A stretch of 37,653 nucleotides of DNA from the IMG/VR virus record IMGVR_UViG_2778261231_000003; one strand, written 5' to 3'. Below the pieces are notes generated by a model. That model was not told the origin of the DNA, made no database searches, and saw nothing but the letters and a program-made list of their open reading frames with translations. This DNA comes from a virus. Its lineage: Duplodnaviria; Heunggongvirae; Uroviricota; Caudoviricetes. Both the position numbers and the translations under genes were made by a program. This document shows, piece after piece, positions 8,534 to 18,022 of the stretch (the first letter of the stretch is position 1; the number at the start of each line of letters is the position of its first letter).

Positions 8534-9145
8534 TTAAATGGCAGCGATATCTAACGGAATATTAATTAGCTTCCCGTGTTTATCTTTCTCCCGGAAATTA
8601 ATATAGGTTTTGGACATTGCCACCTGCAGTGATTCCGATATGGCCTCCATTGCCCGGTTCCAGCGCTCGTCCTGAATCTTGACGCGGCGCAGGGAAAGAA
8701 TACGTCCGGTATTAAGCTGGCCCTCTTTGTCCACCTGAAAAGCATCGCTGATGATGGCCCGCAGGTTGGCGTTCGCGCCTTCCGACCACTCGGTGACGCA
8801 CTCGTCTATCAGGTCTTTGGCAATCTGCAGCTCTGGCCCGAAGGTCAGGGTTTCCTGCACGCGGATGGTGATCTGCTGAGCACCGTCGAAGCTGCTGAAG
8901 GTCACGTTGCCTTTGGCACCGCCACGCGTTCTGCCGTACTTCTCGGCCACAAGGTCAAGCCAGGCATAGCACTCGTCAAAGGCACGACGCTTGAAGTCAC
9001 TGAGTTCATCGCGTTTAACCTTCGCGGCGACAACCTGTTCTTTAACGAAAGAGTCCATCGCAAGGTCATAGTCAGACACCTGGTCAACCGGCACCAGACG
9101 CCCCTTGCGGTCTTTCATGTAGTTTTCTTTATTTACTTCGCTCAT
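8534..9145 (-). CDS. DUF3164-like early protein
   Basis: 203 aa, AAGGTGA Shine-Dalgarno; position and composition as in Mu-like early regions. Family call from memory. Confidence 0.55.
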   Translation of the reverse strand: MSEVNKENYMKDRKGRLVPVDQVSDYDLAMDSFVKEQVVAAKVKRDELSDFKRRAFDECYAWLDLVAEKYGRTRGGAKGNVTFSSFDGAQQITIRVQETLTFGPELQIAKDLIDECVTEWSEGANANLRAIISDAFQVDKEGQLNTGRILSLRRVKIQDERWNRAMEAISESLQVAMSKTYINFREKDKHGKLINIPLDIAAI

Positions 9146-9162
9146 CTCTGTTCACCTTATGG

Positions 9163-9432
9163 TTAATGTAACGACTCTGACCAGGTAATACGGCAGCCAT
9201 GCAACTCAAAGACACCCTGACGGAAGCGCCCTGAGCCGTCATGGCCAACATGGGTATAACTCGCTTTGCCCTGCTCCAGCAGGCGGGCACAGTGCCCGTT
9301 GCGGGCGATACGGATAACCGGCTTACTGCCAGCAATCATGACGCTCTGCACGGTAGTGTTCATGGCGTTGAGCGCCATAATGGCGGACTGCACCTTGTTC
9401 ATCTGCTGGTTGATATCGGCGATGGATTTCAT
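9163..9432 (-). CDS. Hypothetical early protein
   Basis: 89 aa, AAGGAG Shine-Dalgarno, immediately downstream of the B-like gene. Confidence 0.5.
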   Translation of the reverse strand: MKSIADINQQMNKVQSAIMALNAMNTTVQSVMIAGSKPVIRIARNGHCARLLEQGKASYTHVGHDGSGRFRQGVFELHGCRITWSESLH

Positions 9433-9434
9433 GC

Positions 9435-10601
9435 TTAAACTCCTTTGACGACGTCGGCGTTGACCTGCGGGACCCCGATTTCAGCAGCCAGATTCATGGC
9501 GGCTATCACCAGGTTACTGACGGCCAGCGGATACAGCAGGCTGACCATGCTTTTACGGCTACTACCCAGATTGCTCAGACGGGCGCGGATGGCTTCCACT
9601 GCGCTGGCGTCCATGATGTCGGCCAGCTGCTTACCGGCACGTTGCAGTTTGAACGTCAGAAACTCTTCGAGGCTGTTGTCCAGCGGCAGCAATTCAACCA
9701 ACTCGCAGCGCTGGACGACCTCACGGACTTCCATGTTGCGTTCGGACAGTTTGTCCGCCAGTTCAGGCTGGCCAATCAGCACGATGGACAGCAGTTTTTT
9801 GAAGCCGGACTCCAGTTCGAAGAAGCGTTTAAGGTGCTTCAGCGTCGGAATGGGAAGGCTGTGGGCCTCCTCAATCACCAGAACGTGGCTGAAACCCGCC
9901 TGACTGCTGTCCTTCAGGACTCGGTGCAACTGGCGGAAGCGGGCGTCCTGGCTGCGTTTGATACTCTCCAGCGGCGCGATGGTGCTGATGATGGCCTCGG
10001 CGATAGCTGCCGCCTTCAGGGTTTTGCCCTTCACGTCGTTGTCTTCCATGGCGATGATGTATGGCTCGATTACAATCACCGGCGCGTTCTCGCGGTTGAC
10101 GCGTTCAATCAGGTCGCGGCGCAGCGTGGATTTACCCGCACCGGACTCGCCGATAACCGCCAGAAAGCCACCATGGCGGGCGGTCTGGAACAGCGCCTCA
10201 CGCACGTAGCGGATATCCGGCGTGGTGAACACATCGTCCGCGCCCTGCATGGCTTCATCGGCGAACGGATCACGGAAAAGGCCAAACGCTTTTTTGGTTG
10301 CTGGAAATAACACCTGCTTTTTGAGTAACATGTTCTCTTCCTCACTGAGGTTGGTTTTATCGGTAGTACCCGCTGTACGGGGCGTGACAGCGCCCTGTGC
10401 AGCATCAAAACTTTTCACTGTATCAATCCCCTTACTTTCCAGATACAACGCCAGACGCTGGCGTACCTCTTCGGGGCTGGTGCGTGGCCACTCGTTATGG
10501 TTCACAATCTGGGCCAGCGTGGCCTCGGAAACGGCGACGGCTCTTGCCACCACCGCCTGCGGGATGCGGGCCTCTTTCAGTTGTTGCTTCAGTACCAGCA
10601 T
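9435..10601 (-). CDS. Transposition ATPase / target-DNA activator (Mu B-like AAA+ protein)
   Basis: N-terminal HTH region, Walker A GESGAGKST, downstream acidic Walker B-like stretch; sits directly after the transposase gene; GAGGAGG Shine-Dalgarno. Confidence 0.8.
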   Translation of the reverse strand: MLVLKQQLKEARIPQAVVARAVAVSEATLAQIVNHNEWPRTSPEEVRQRLALYLESKGIDTVKSFDAAQGAVTPRTAGTTDKTNLSEEENMLLKKQVLFPATKKAFGLFRDPFADEAMQGADDVFTTPDIRYVREALFQTARHGGFLAVIGESGAGKSTLRRDLIERVNRENAPVIVIEPYIIAMEDNDVKGKTLKAAAIAEAIISTIAPLESIKRSQDARFRQLHRVLKDSSQAGFSHVLVIEEAHSLPIPTLKHLKRFFELESGFKKLLSIVLIGQPELADKLSERNMEVREVVQRCELVELLPLDNSLEEFLTFKLQRAGKQLADIMDASAVEAIRARLSNLGSSRKSMVSLLYPLAVSNLVIAAMNLAAEIGVPQVNADVVKGV

Positions 10602-10611
10602 GCCTTCCTCC

Positions 10612-12381
10612 TCAGTTACCGTTAACGATGCTGATAACGCTGTTGCGGGCCGGAGTGGTCAGGGTAACCATCACCTCATCCAGCGCGGCTTCAGGTACGC
10701 CATCCGGGTACTGCGCCGTTAACTGGCGGTAATGTTCCGGCGTCCAGATATGGCCGTTAGCGCCAAACTTCTCGCGCAGGGCTTTCGCCGCCTCCACATG
10801 GGTCAGCGGACGCTGCTCAATACGCGGCCCGCGCACGTCTGAAGCCTGACCGCGCTTCGGCATATAGGCCGGAAGCGTGGTGTCGTCGATATGTTTGTAC
10901 GGGTCAAGTCGCCCGCCGAACGGCAGCGCCTTCGCCTTGCGTGCAGCAGCTGCATCGGTGGCGTTATCGGTGCCCGTAACCAGCTCTTCGATTTCTTTTG
11001 CCGCCGTCTGCGCCGGGGTCTCCGGCAGGGCTTTGTAGTTTTCGCCAAATACCGCCGCGTTTTCGGCAAAGCCGAACTCGTTCTTTCTGACCTCCTCGAC
11101 CAGGAAGAACGTCTCGTGACCGTCCTCACCGGTCAGCACCACCTGCGCCACATCGCTGCGCCACGGGTTACGGGTAATCATCAGTTTTTCGCCGACCAGT
11201 ACGCCCGGTACCGTCGAAACGTCAAACTCATTGCCCCGGAACGAGACGCGCAGTTTTGGTGTGACCTTACGGAGTTCCGGTGCGGCCACCGCCAGTTCGC
11301 GGCAAACCTCAACGGATGGCGCTTTTTTCAGCTGGTCAGCAGTAATCTTCAGCCAGATATCCGTGCGGGTTTTACCGTGGCGGCTGTGGACCGCCGTGGC
11401 GTTAAAGTGGCTGCGCCATTTCACCGCCAGTGCGTTCAGTTCGTCCAGGCTATGAACCGGCTGGAATTTGAGACCCGGCTCCAGTTTACGTTCGATAATG
11501 TCACGGGCCTTTTCCACCTGCCCGGTGGCGCGGGCGTTATGCGGCTTGTGCGCTATCAGATTGATGCCCAGCGAGCGGCACATGTTTTTCGTCATGCCAG
11601 CGGTGTTCGCCGAACCGGGATCAAGGTAGAGTATTTTCGGCACGCCGTGCAGCACGTCCGCGCCGCCGCGCTCCTGCATGGCGTTGATAAGCACAGAACA
11701 GAGGTTCTCACCAGATTCCGCACCCATCACGTACTCAACGTAAATCCAGCCGCTGGTATGGTCGGTAATCTCGTAACTCCACACGCGGTCACTGGCGATG
11801 CGGGCGATGTTGGCAGGCTTGTTCTTGTAGAACTTCGAGCTGTCCATCACCTGCAACCCTTTATGGCCGTTGCTCAGGTAGTAAAGCGTACAAAGTGAGG
11901 CATCAATCTCCCAGACGTGATTGGGATGCAGGCTGGCCATCTCGGACGACGGGGCCGGTGCGTCAAGCTGTTCCGGGTGCAGACCATAGTTCCGCAGGGC
12001 GCGGCTGATGGTGTCCTCGGACAGCGGGAAAAACTCGCCTGTGGCCTCGTCCGTTCTGCCAGCAGTGATAAAGCCGTTTGACCGCAGGGTCTCCACCGCA
12101 TCCGCGATGGAATACAGGCGCTTACCGTTCTTACGGGTGGCCTCGCGCAGCGTGGCAGATATCAGCGCGGCTTCGTCGCGGCTCAGGGCACTGCGCCCGG
12201 CATCGGCGCGTTTTTTACGTTTGTCAGTCACTGATACCTCCTTCAGCTTGCGCAGCAGGGTGGCGCGGGAAATGCCCAGTTCGGCGCAGGCGGCATCATA
12301 TATCGCACCACGCTTACCATGCCCCGCGTCACGTGCCGCGCGGGCAACATAAACCAGTCGTTCAGTCAGGGCGGCACTCAT
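10612..12381 (-). CDS. DDE transposase (phage transposase A; rve/integrase-core type)
   Basis: 589 aa, N-terminal HTH, central integrase-core-like region (HPNHVWEIDAS...); AGGAGG Shine-Dalgarno; upstream of the B-like ATPase as in transposable phages. Confidence 0.8.
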   Translation of the reverse strand: MSAALTERLVYVARAARDAGHGKRGAIYDAACAELGISRATLLRKLKEVSVTDKRKKRADAGRSALSRDEAALISATLREATRKNGKRLYSIADAVETLRSNGFITAGRTDEATGEFFPLSEDTISRALRNYGLHPEQLDAPAPSSEMASLHPNHVWEIDASLCTLYYLSNGHKGLQVMDSSKFYKNKPANIARIASDRVWSYEITDHTSGWIYVEYVMGAESGENLCSVLINAMQERGGADVLHGVPKILYLDPGSANTAGMTKNMCRSLGINLIAHKPHNARATGQVEKARDIIERKLEPGLKFQPVHSLDELNALAVKWRSHFNATAVHSRHGKTRTDIWLKITADQLKKAPSVEVCRELAVAAPELRKVTPKLRVSFRGNEFDVSTVPGVLVGEKLMITRNPWRSDVAQVVLTGEDGHETFFLVEEVRKNEFGFAENAAVFGENYKALPETPAQTAAKEIEELVTGTDNATDAAAARKAKALPFGGRLDPYKHIDDTTLPAYMPKRGQASDVRGPRIEQRPLTHVEAAKALREKFGANGHIWTPEHYRQLTAQYPDGVPEAALDEVMVTLTTPARNSVISIVNGN

Positions 12382-12384
12382 GGG

Positions 12385-13293
12385 TTATGCCTCCTGCCCG
12401 TTAATCTCTGGCGTCGGGTCAGTCAGCCATGAAGGGGCGGCGTTGCCTGTCGGCTCGTCCGGCAGGTCAAATGTGGAGCGTAGGCTACGCGCGGTGCTTT
12501 CCAACTGGCAGACCAGACCGGCCATAAAGTCTCTGGGGGTATCAATCATATTTTCAGCACAGTATGCGCACAGGGTCTCAAAGGCGCTGGACAGTCGAAC
12601 GGCGATGGCAGATTCCGCCTCAACCGCTAACGCTGTAACTTCCGCACGCAGCTTCTTCACCTCTTCGTCAGGCTTGGGCGGCTGGATACGGGATTTCTTC
12701 TCCAGTTTTGTGGAGAGCGAGTCGATTTTTTCGTTTTTGTCGGCAAGCACGCGCTGTTGTGCTGCGTTGGTTTCGCGGGCTTCACGTAGGGCTTGACGCA
12801 ATTCTCTACAGCTCATGCGGTCGACATCATCTAGTTTCAGACCCGCTACAGTGCCACCATCAGCCAGTTCAGCGAGAGATTCATCATCTTCAGTCATCAA
12901 TTCAAAAAGTTTGGATTTACCCAAATGTGCCAACGTTGGCACATTTGATTTCAGTGCGGGGGATAAGTATTTAGTCGATGCTTGCATCATCCGCACAGAA
13001 GTTCGGTATGGTAAGCCCAACTCATTTTCAAGAATGTTAATAAATTCCCCGTGCGGCTCATTTTCTTTAAGAATTACAAGGCGCTTACCTGCTTCCAGCA
13101 TCGCCTCAGCACTCTGTGCCATATAAAACCGTGTTTCGTGAACAATACGATCACGTTCATACGGCAGACCATCACCGAACTGCTGCATGATTTCGAGGCG
13201 ATGTTCGGTCATGGCATTAAGACTAACGTTGAGGCCATCACTCAGCGGAGCATCTTCCATTAGTTCAACTGGTTGTGATTTTGTGCGTCCCAT
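12385..13293 (-). CDS. DUF3102-like early protein
   Basis: 302 aa with central coiled-coil; AAGGAG Shine-Dalgarno. Family call from memory. Confidence 0.55.
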   Translation of the reverse strand: MGRTKSQPVELMEDAPLSDGLNVSLNAMTEHRLEIMQQFGDGLPYERDRIVHETRFYMAQSAEAMLEAGKRLVILKENEPHGEFINILENELGLPYRTSVRMMQASTKYLSPALKSNVPTLAHLGKSKLFELMTEDDESLAELADGGTVAGLKLDDVDRMSCRELRQALREARETNAAQQRVLADKNEKIDSLSTKLEKKSRIQPPKPDEEVKKLRAEVTALAVEAESAIAVRLSSAFETLCAYCAENMIDTPRDFMAGLVCQLESTARSLRSTFDLPDEPTGNAAPSWLTDPTPEINGQEA

Positions 13294-13302
13294 TTCAACT
13301 CC

Positions 13303-13608
13303 TTAGCGACTACCAGCCATAACACGCTGGTTGATTTCATTAATACGATCCTGCGCCCGCGCCATTTCGGTACTGTGCGCCATGGCGATTTGTAAGAGCT
13401 GGACTCCAGGGGCAAAACGCCCGTTATCCAGTTTCAGGGCCAGTCCTTCTTCGATAAGGGTATTGAGCGCCCGATTGATATTCGCCGGGGACTCGCCCAG
13501 AGCTGACGCCAGCTCGCCGTTAGAAACACCGTTCAGAGCGTGACCGCGTAAAGCCTTAAGGACACGCAAAATACGGGTACCTGAGCTTGATGTATTTGGT
13601 TTACTCAT
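13303..13608 (-). CDS. Small winged-helix DNA-binding protein (IclR-type N-terminal HTH)
   Basis: TRILRVLKAL...GVSNGELASALGESPANINRALNTLIEEGL; AAGGAGG Shine-Dalgarno; start overlaps the Ner-like stop (ATGA). Confidence 0.55.
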   Translation of the reverse strand: MSKPNTSSSGTRILRVLKALRGHALNGVSNGELASALGESPANINRALNTLIEEGLALKLDNGRFAPGVQLLQIAMAHSTEMARAQDRINEINQRVMAGSR

Positions 13609-13835
13609 GACGCCTCCTTGAGGATGCCGGGGGTAACTTCTTTGCCTATTGCGACCGAAAGGTCTCGCAAAATCCGATAAGTCAAACGACCGCGTGGAAG
13701 TTCGCTTTTGCCTGCCCAGCGGCTGACAGCCTGGGTGACTGTTCGTGGCTCATAGCCCGCGTTAAGCGCGAACTGGCGCAAGCTACTGCCTCTTTCAACC
13801 AGCCGTGCCCGAACTTGTTGTTTGTTCATATGCAC
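13605..13835 (-). CDS. Ner-like DNA-binding protein
   Basis: ~75-aa protein with SLRQFALNAGYEPRTVTQAVSR HTH, divergent from the repressor. True start may be ATG 13829 rather than GTG 13835. Confidence 0.7.
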   Translation of the reverse strand: MHMNKQQVRARLVERGSSLRQFALNAGYEPRTVTQAVSRWAGKSELPRGRLTYRILRDLSVAIGKEVTPGILKEAS

Positions 13836-13917
13836 CGTGTTCCTGTTGGGTTATGATGTACTCTATTGGGTCTATTGTACGCACCCGAACGGGTATGTCA
13901 AATTGAGATATGTTCAA

Positions 13918-14328
13918 ATGAGTATAAAAGAGAGATTGCGCGAAGCGATGGATGCTAAGAGTCTGACAATTAAGGCATTGTCAGACTTGTCAAAAATTCC
14001 ATATCGCTCACTTCAAAACTATCTGCGTGGAGAGAGAGAACCTAATGCAGAGGCTCTTGTTGCGCTAAGCACCCATTTGAACATATCAATAGATTGGCTA
14101 CTTACTGGTAAAGGGGAAGCTGTTGGGGTAGAGAAAGCACAGCCAGCTAATCAGGAGCAGCATTTCAACCAGTCTGATCTGAAGTTATTGGAGCTGCTCA
14201 ACCAACTGGAGCCAGAGGTGCGAAAAGAGTTGCTGCGAGGCGCTGAGGAAAAACAGCGAATGATTGATATGGAAAAACAGCTTAAGGAGCTGTCCGCAGC
14301 GTTCGAAAGATTAAAAAATACGGGTTAA
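13918..14328 (+). CDS. XRE-family HTH repressor (phage c-type repressor candidate)
   Basis: LTIKALSDLSKIPYRSLQNYLRGEREPNAEALVALSTHLNISIDWLLTG is a Cro/cI-type HTH. No S24 peptidase domain. The 5' part of ORF-track 13822 lies in the operator region, so ATG 13918 is used. Confidence 0.7.
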   Translation: MSIKERLREAMDAKSLTIKALSDLSKIPYRSLQNYLRGEREPNAEALVALSTHLNISIDWLLTGKGEAVGVEKAQPANQEQHFNQSDLKLLELLNQLEPEVRKELLRGAEEKQRMIDMEKQLKELSAAFERLKNTG

Positions 14329-14363
14329 TCTGTTCCTATTAAGAACATTAGAGGTATAAGGAC

Positions 14364-14897
14364 ATGACTATGCGCAAATTATTTTTACCGTTGATATTTG
14401 TTTTATCTGGGTGTGGAGATAATACCGATCCTGCTGATACGTCCACCACAGCTAAGGAGCACGCGGTTTTTAGCGTTGAAACAGATAATCCGGTTGTAAA
14501 TCGCGAATTACCGTTTATTCGCCAACAACTCCCCGGCCTGGATAAGTACGCGGACAGTTTTGAAAAAGTCGAAGTATCCGAGGATAGCGAACGTCCGGTG
14601 ACAACGGTGCAGTTTCATATTAAAGACGAAAATAATATTCCAAGTGACTACATAGCCTCTGGTCATAATTGTTATTTGTTCATATCAAATAATGCCCACG
14701 AAGTGAAAATATCTAAATCAGCATGTCAGGCTGTTTTTTTCGATAAAACGGATGTTCCTGGTGGAGACCTGACCGTGAAACTTGATAAGGAAAAAGTTCC
14801 TATGACAGATGATGGTAAGACCCCGCGAGCAGGTTGTTTGAAAGCTTATTCACCAGAGCCAGATAATGATTATTGGACTTGTCCAAGGCAGGATTAA
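14364..14897 (+). CDS. Lipoprotein (possible moron / superinfection-exclusion candidate)
   Basis: Signal peptide with lipobox LSGC (MTMRKLFLPLIFVLSGCG); AAGGA Shine-Dalgarno; lower GC than surrounding phage genes (by eye). Confidence 0.65.
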   Translation: MTMRKLFLPLIFVLSGCGDNTDPADTSTTAKEHAVFSVETDNPVVNRELPFIRQQLPGLDKYADSFEKVEVSEDSERPVTTVQFHIKDENNIPSDYIASGHNCYLFISNNAHEVKISKSACQAVFFDKTDVPGGDLTVKLDKEKVPMTDDGKTPRAGCLKAYSPEPDNDYWTCPRQD

Positions 14898-14944
14898 ATG
14901 TTTAGGTGGTGCTGCAGATGCACCACCACCTTTAACTACCTCTT

Positions 14945-15715
14945 TCAAAAATTACAAATTACCAGCTCTTTCTTCGGGCTGGGTTTGCCTGTTACCTTAA
15001 GGTTGTAGCTGATATCAACCGACTGCATGTTCAGACCGTTGAATACCTGCCGCATTTCCGGGATATCGTTCACTGATATAATCATCTTCCCTTTGATCCT
15101 TCGCGCTAAATCTGCCATGTGATCATAGTTTTCCAGCCCGAACTCCACACCATAGCCTTCCGTTCCCCAGTACGGTGGGTCACAGTAGAACAGCGTATGC
15201 GGGCGATCATATCGCTCTATGCACTGGTGCCAGTCCAGATGCTCTATCAGCGTTCTCGACAGGCGCAGGTGTGCCATCGACAGTTCTTCCTCAATACGCA
15301 GCAAATTGAAGCGCGGCGCACTGGTTGTAGAGGTACCGAATGTGTGATCGGCGACCTTGCCGCCAAATGCCTGTTTCTGCAGGTAGTAGAACCGGGCCGC
15401 CCGCTGAATGTCGGTGAGCGTTTCTTCCGGCGTATCCTGCAACCATTTGTAAATCTGACGGCTGACCAGCGCCCATTTGAACTGGCGAATAAATTCTTCC
15501 AGATGATGCTTGACCACCCGATAGAGGTTCACCAGTTCCCCGTTGATATCGTTAATGACTTCGGTCTTGCTGGGAGTCTTTAGGAAATAGAGCGCAGCTG
15601 CCCCGCAGAACGGCTCCACATAGCAGGTATGGGCCGGAAACAATGGTAAAATATGCTTCGCCAGACGACGTTTACCGCCAATCCATGGGACGATGGGTAA
15701 AGATTGTTCTTTCAT
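14945..15715 (-). CDS. Dam-like N6-adenine DNA methyltransferase (D12 class)
   Basis: EPFCGAAALYF (AdoMet motif) and FYCDPPY catalytic motif. ATG 15715 preferred over TTG 15739. Confidence 0.8.
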   Translation of the reverse strand: MKEQSLPIVPWIGGKRRLAKHILPLFPAHTCYVEPFCGAAALYFLKTPSKTEVINDINGELVNLYRVVKHHLEEFIRQFKWALVSRQIYKWLQDTPEETLTDIQRAARFYYLQKQAFGGKVADHTFGTSTTSAPRFNLLRIEEELSMAHLRLSRTLIEHLDWHQCIERYDRPHTLFYCDPPYWGTEGYGVEFGLENYDHMADLARRIKGKMIISVNDIPEMRQVFNGLNMQSVDISYNLKVTGKPSPKKELVICNF

Positions 15716-15762
15716 TATCCGTAAGCCTTTTGCAATCAATGAAAATATGGCAGGCTAGTCTG

Positions 15763-15774
15763 GTCTCGCGAGAC
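15763..15774. promoter_or_regulatory. 12-bp perfect palindrome in the divergent methyltransferase-holin intergenic region
   Basis: GTCTCGCGAGAC, ~190 bp upstream of the holin start. Confidence 0.3.
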
Positions 15775-15962
15775 TGACTGAACCCTGGTCGGCTCACAGT
15801 GCATACCTGTGGGTTGATGACCAGCCTGGTGTTACCGCACCGGGCTGGTCGTTCTTTCAAAGCCATCATGCGGTTCACGTCTGCATCCTCACTATTAACG
15901 CTGTTTAAAATCCCTTTCCCCGACCATTTGTGATGCTGTCTCCACTACACAAGGAGACGCTC

Positions 15963-16313
15963 ATGAAAAACCTGAAAAAATTCATTCCCCCTGTTAAAAA
16001 GCCACGTCTCAGCGGCTGGCTGCTGACCGCTGTGCTGCTGCTCGGCACCATCGGTCTGGTATCGCCCCAGCAGCTGCCGGTGGTTGTCTACAAGCTATCA
16101 CTCATCACGCTGGCGGCAGTATTGGGCTACTGGCTTGACCGTTCGCTTTTCCCCAAAGCCCGTCCCGGTCAGTACCTGAAGCATGATGACAGGCTGATGG
16201 CTGATGGTCGCTTCCCTGTCCAGACTGGCCTTCACCTGGTCTTTTCTGCTGCGCTAATCCGCCGTGCGCTGATTGTTGCTGCAGTCTGTCTGGCCGTAGC
16301 GATGGGGCTTTAA
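15963..16313 (+). CDS. Holin-like membrane protein
   Basis: AAGGAG Shine-Dalgarno before ATG 15963; hydrophobic TM segments; stop overlaps the endolysin start (TAATG). Confidence 0.6.
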   Translation: MKNLKKFIPPVKKPRLSGWLLTAVLLLGTIGLVSPQQLPVVVYKLSLITLAAVLGYWLDRSLFPKARPGQYLKHDDRLMADGRFPVQTGLHLVFSAALIRRALIVAAVCLAVAMGL

Positions 16314-17050
16314 TGATGACCCTCTATATGTACTGGCCTCAGGTTGTCTGGGCCGTGCTGGTACTGCTGGGGCTGGGCATCGAACTGGCCCGCTACGGGC
16401 AGGCCCGAACGGGTAAGCACAGTTTCTGGTGGCAGCTCTTTGGTTCAGTAACGGTAGCCTGGCTGCTCTGGTGTGGCGGCTTCTTCAGTCAGGCCCGCGC
16501 TGCCCAGCCACCGCAGACCGCGCTGCAGTATCGCGACGATGTGATCCGTAATGCCCGGCTTGAATGGGGAATGTCTGCGCCGGTGGCCGACTTCGCCGCG
16601 CAGCTGCATCAGGAAAGCGGCTGGCGACCTGATGCGGTCTCGCCGGTTGGCGCTCAGGGACTGGCGCAGTTTATGCCCACCACCGCTGACTGGATAAGTC
16701 AGCTGATGCCGGGGCTTAACAGCCGTGAACCGTTTAATCCGTCTTGGGCCATCCGGGCGCTGGTCAGCTATGACCGCTGGCTGTGGCAACGCGTCAGCGC
16801 CGTCAATGACTGCGAGCGTATGGCCATGACGCTGTCAGGCTATAACGGTGGTCTGGGCTGGGTACAGCGGGACAAACGGCTGGCCTCGCAGCAGGGGCTG
16901 GACAGCACCCGCTGGTTTGGTCATGTCGCCACGGTGAATGCCGGACGCAGCACTGCCAACTGGCGGGAGAACCGTCATTATCCGCAGCGCATCCTGCACG
17001 AACTGGCCCCGCGTTATCTCACCTGGGGAGGCGGCAGCTGTGTGGACTAA
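16313..17050 (+). CDS. Endolysin: SLT-domain lytic transglycosylase with N-terminal hydrophobic anchor
   Basis: ESGWRPDAVSPVGAQGLAQFMP matches the SLT catalytic motif; N-terminal hydrophobic stretch WAVLVLLGLGI. Confidence 0.8.
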   Translation: MMTLYMYWPQVVWAVLVLLGLGIELARYGQARTGKHSFWWQLFGSVTVAWLLWCGGFFSQARAAQPPQTALQYRDDVIRNARLEWGMSAPVADFAAQLHQESGWRPDAVSPVGAQGLAQFMPTTADWISQLMPGLNSREPFNPSWAIRALVSYDRWLWQRVSAVNDCERMAMTLSGYNGGLGWVQRDKRLASQQGLDSTRWFGHVATVNAGRSTANWRENRHYPQRILHELAPRYLTWGGGSCVD

Positions 17051-17693
17051 CCTGCTAAAAAATCTGCCGTGGCGCAGTCTGCTGCTGGCGGTGGTCATAA
17101 ATGCTTTTCTGATTGGGCTTTATTACCTGGGCTACAAAAGCGGGCATGAAAACGCCACGCGCGACGGCGATAAGGCGGTCAGTGAGTTGCAGTCAGCATT
17201 CGACACGTACAAAACGGAGCAGGCAACGCTTGAGAACGCTGCGTTGCGGGCTTGGGCGAAACGGTATCAGGAACAGGTAGCCGCCGGGCAGCAGGCTGAA
17301 GCCAGTTACCTTGAGCAGATTGCTCAACTGGAGAGCCAGAACAAACAACTACAGGGGCAAATTAACGATGTCACACAGCGCTGGATTGATGAAAAAGGTA
17401 AGAGCCATCCCATTGAGTGCGTGTTTACTCGCGGTTTCGTGCGCCAGTACAACGCCGCGCTCGGATATGACAACGCATCCGTCGACACCGGTCATTCAGA
17501 CGCAACTGCCGCCGCTGGCACCGGCACTGGCGCAGCGTCCGGGCAACCTGAAGCCGCTGACGCCTGGCTACGCAACTCAGGCGTCTCCCAGCGTGATGTC
17601 CTCGCCAACATCATCGACAACGCGAAGCAGTGCCGCATCTGGCGCAGCCAGATAAACGGGATGCTGGACGAACGGGAAGGATTACAGAAATGA
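17040..17693 (+). CDS. Rz-like i-spanin
   Basis: GTG 17040 after GGGGAGG; N-terminal TM LLLAVVINAFLIGLYYLGY then coiled-coil periplasmic domain; Rz1-like ORF embedded in the +1 frame. Confidence 0.65.
   Translation: MWTNLLKNLPWRSLLLAVVINAFLIGLYYLGYKSGHENATRDGDKAVSELQSAFDTYKTEQATLENAALRAWAKRYQEQVAAGQQAEASYLEQIAQLESQNKQLQGQINDVTQRWIDEKGKSHPIECVFTRGFVRQYNAALGYDNASVDTGHSDATAAAGTGTGAASGQPEAADAWLRNSGVSQRDVLANIIDNAKQCRIWRSQINGMLDEREGLQK
17389..17655 (+). CDS. Rz1-like o-spanin lipoprotein, embedded in the Rz gene
   Basis: MKKVRAIPLSACLLAVSCAS (lipobox candidates LSAC / AVSC) followed by a proline-rich mature region, wholly inside 17040-17693 in another frame. Confidence 0.5.
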   Translation: MKKVRAIPLSACLLAVSCASTTPRSDMTTHPSTPVIQTQLPPLAPALAQRPGNLKPLTPGYATQASPSVMSSPTSSTTRSSAASGAAR

Positions 17694-18022
17694 CGTTGCA
17701 GGTTGAATTCTGGACGGTGGTGGGCTTTCTCATCACCTTCATGAGCTTTGTCGGCGGTATGGCCAAGTGGCTGTTCAGTAAAGCGGAGGAGCGTCAGGCG
17801 GCGCGGTTCGCCTCTCTTGAGCAGTCGCTGCAACAGTCCGCTTCCAACTGGGGCGAGCTGGAAAAAGAATTTATGCGGTTTAAGGCGGATTTACCGCTGA
17901 ACTACGTCCGCCGCGAGGATTACATCCGTGGGCAGACGGTCATCGAGGCCAAGCTGGACGCACTCTACAACAAACTGGAAGTGGTACAGCAGTATCGTCA
18001 TACAGGAGGTCACCATGGTTGA
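17690..18022 (+). CDS. Small membrane / coiled-coil protein (hypothetical)
   Basis: ATG 17690 overlaps the Rz stop (ATGA); one TM WTVVGFLITFMSFVGGMAKWLF. Confidence 0.55.
   Translation: MTLQVEFWTVVGFLITFMSFVGGMAKWLFSKAEERQAARFASLEQSLQQSASNWGELEKEFMRFKADLPLNYVRREDYIRGQTVIEAKLDALYNKLEVVQQYRHTGGHHG

Noticed and set aside
9642-10310. Long antisense ORFs overlapping the B-like ATPase and transposase genes (also 10891-11898 and 12008-12404, plus strand)
   Set aside because: They lie opposite well-supported genes with ribosome-binding sites and recognisable domains, and have biased, Arg/Ala-rich low-complexity composition typical of shadow frames in GC-rich DNA.
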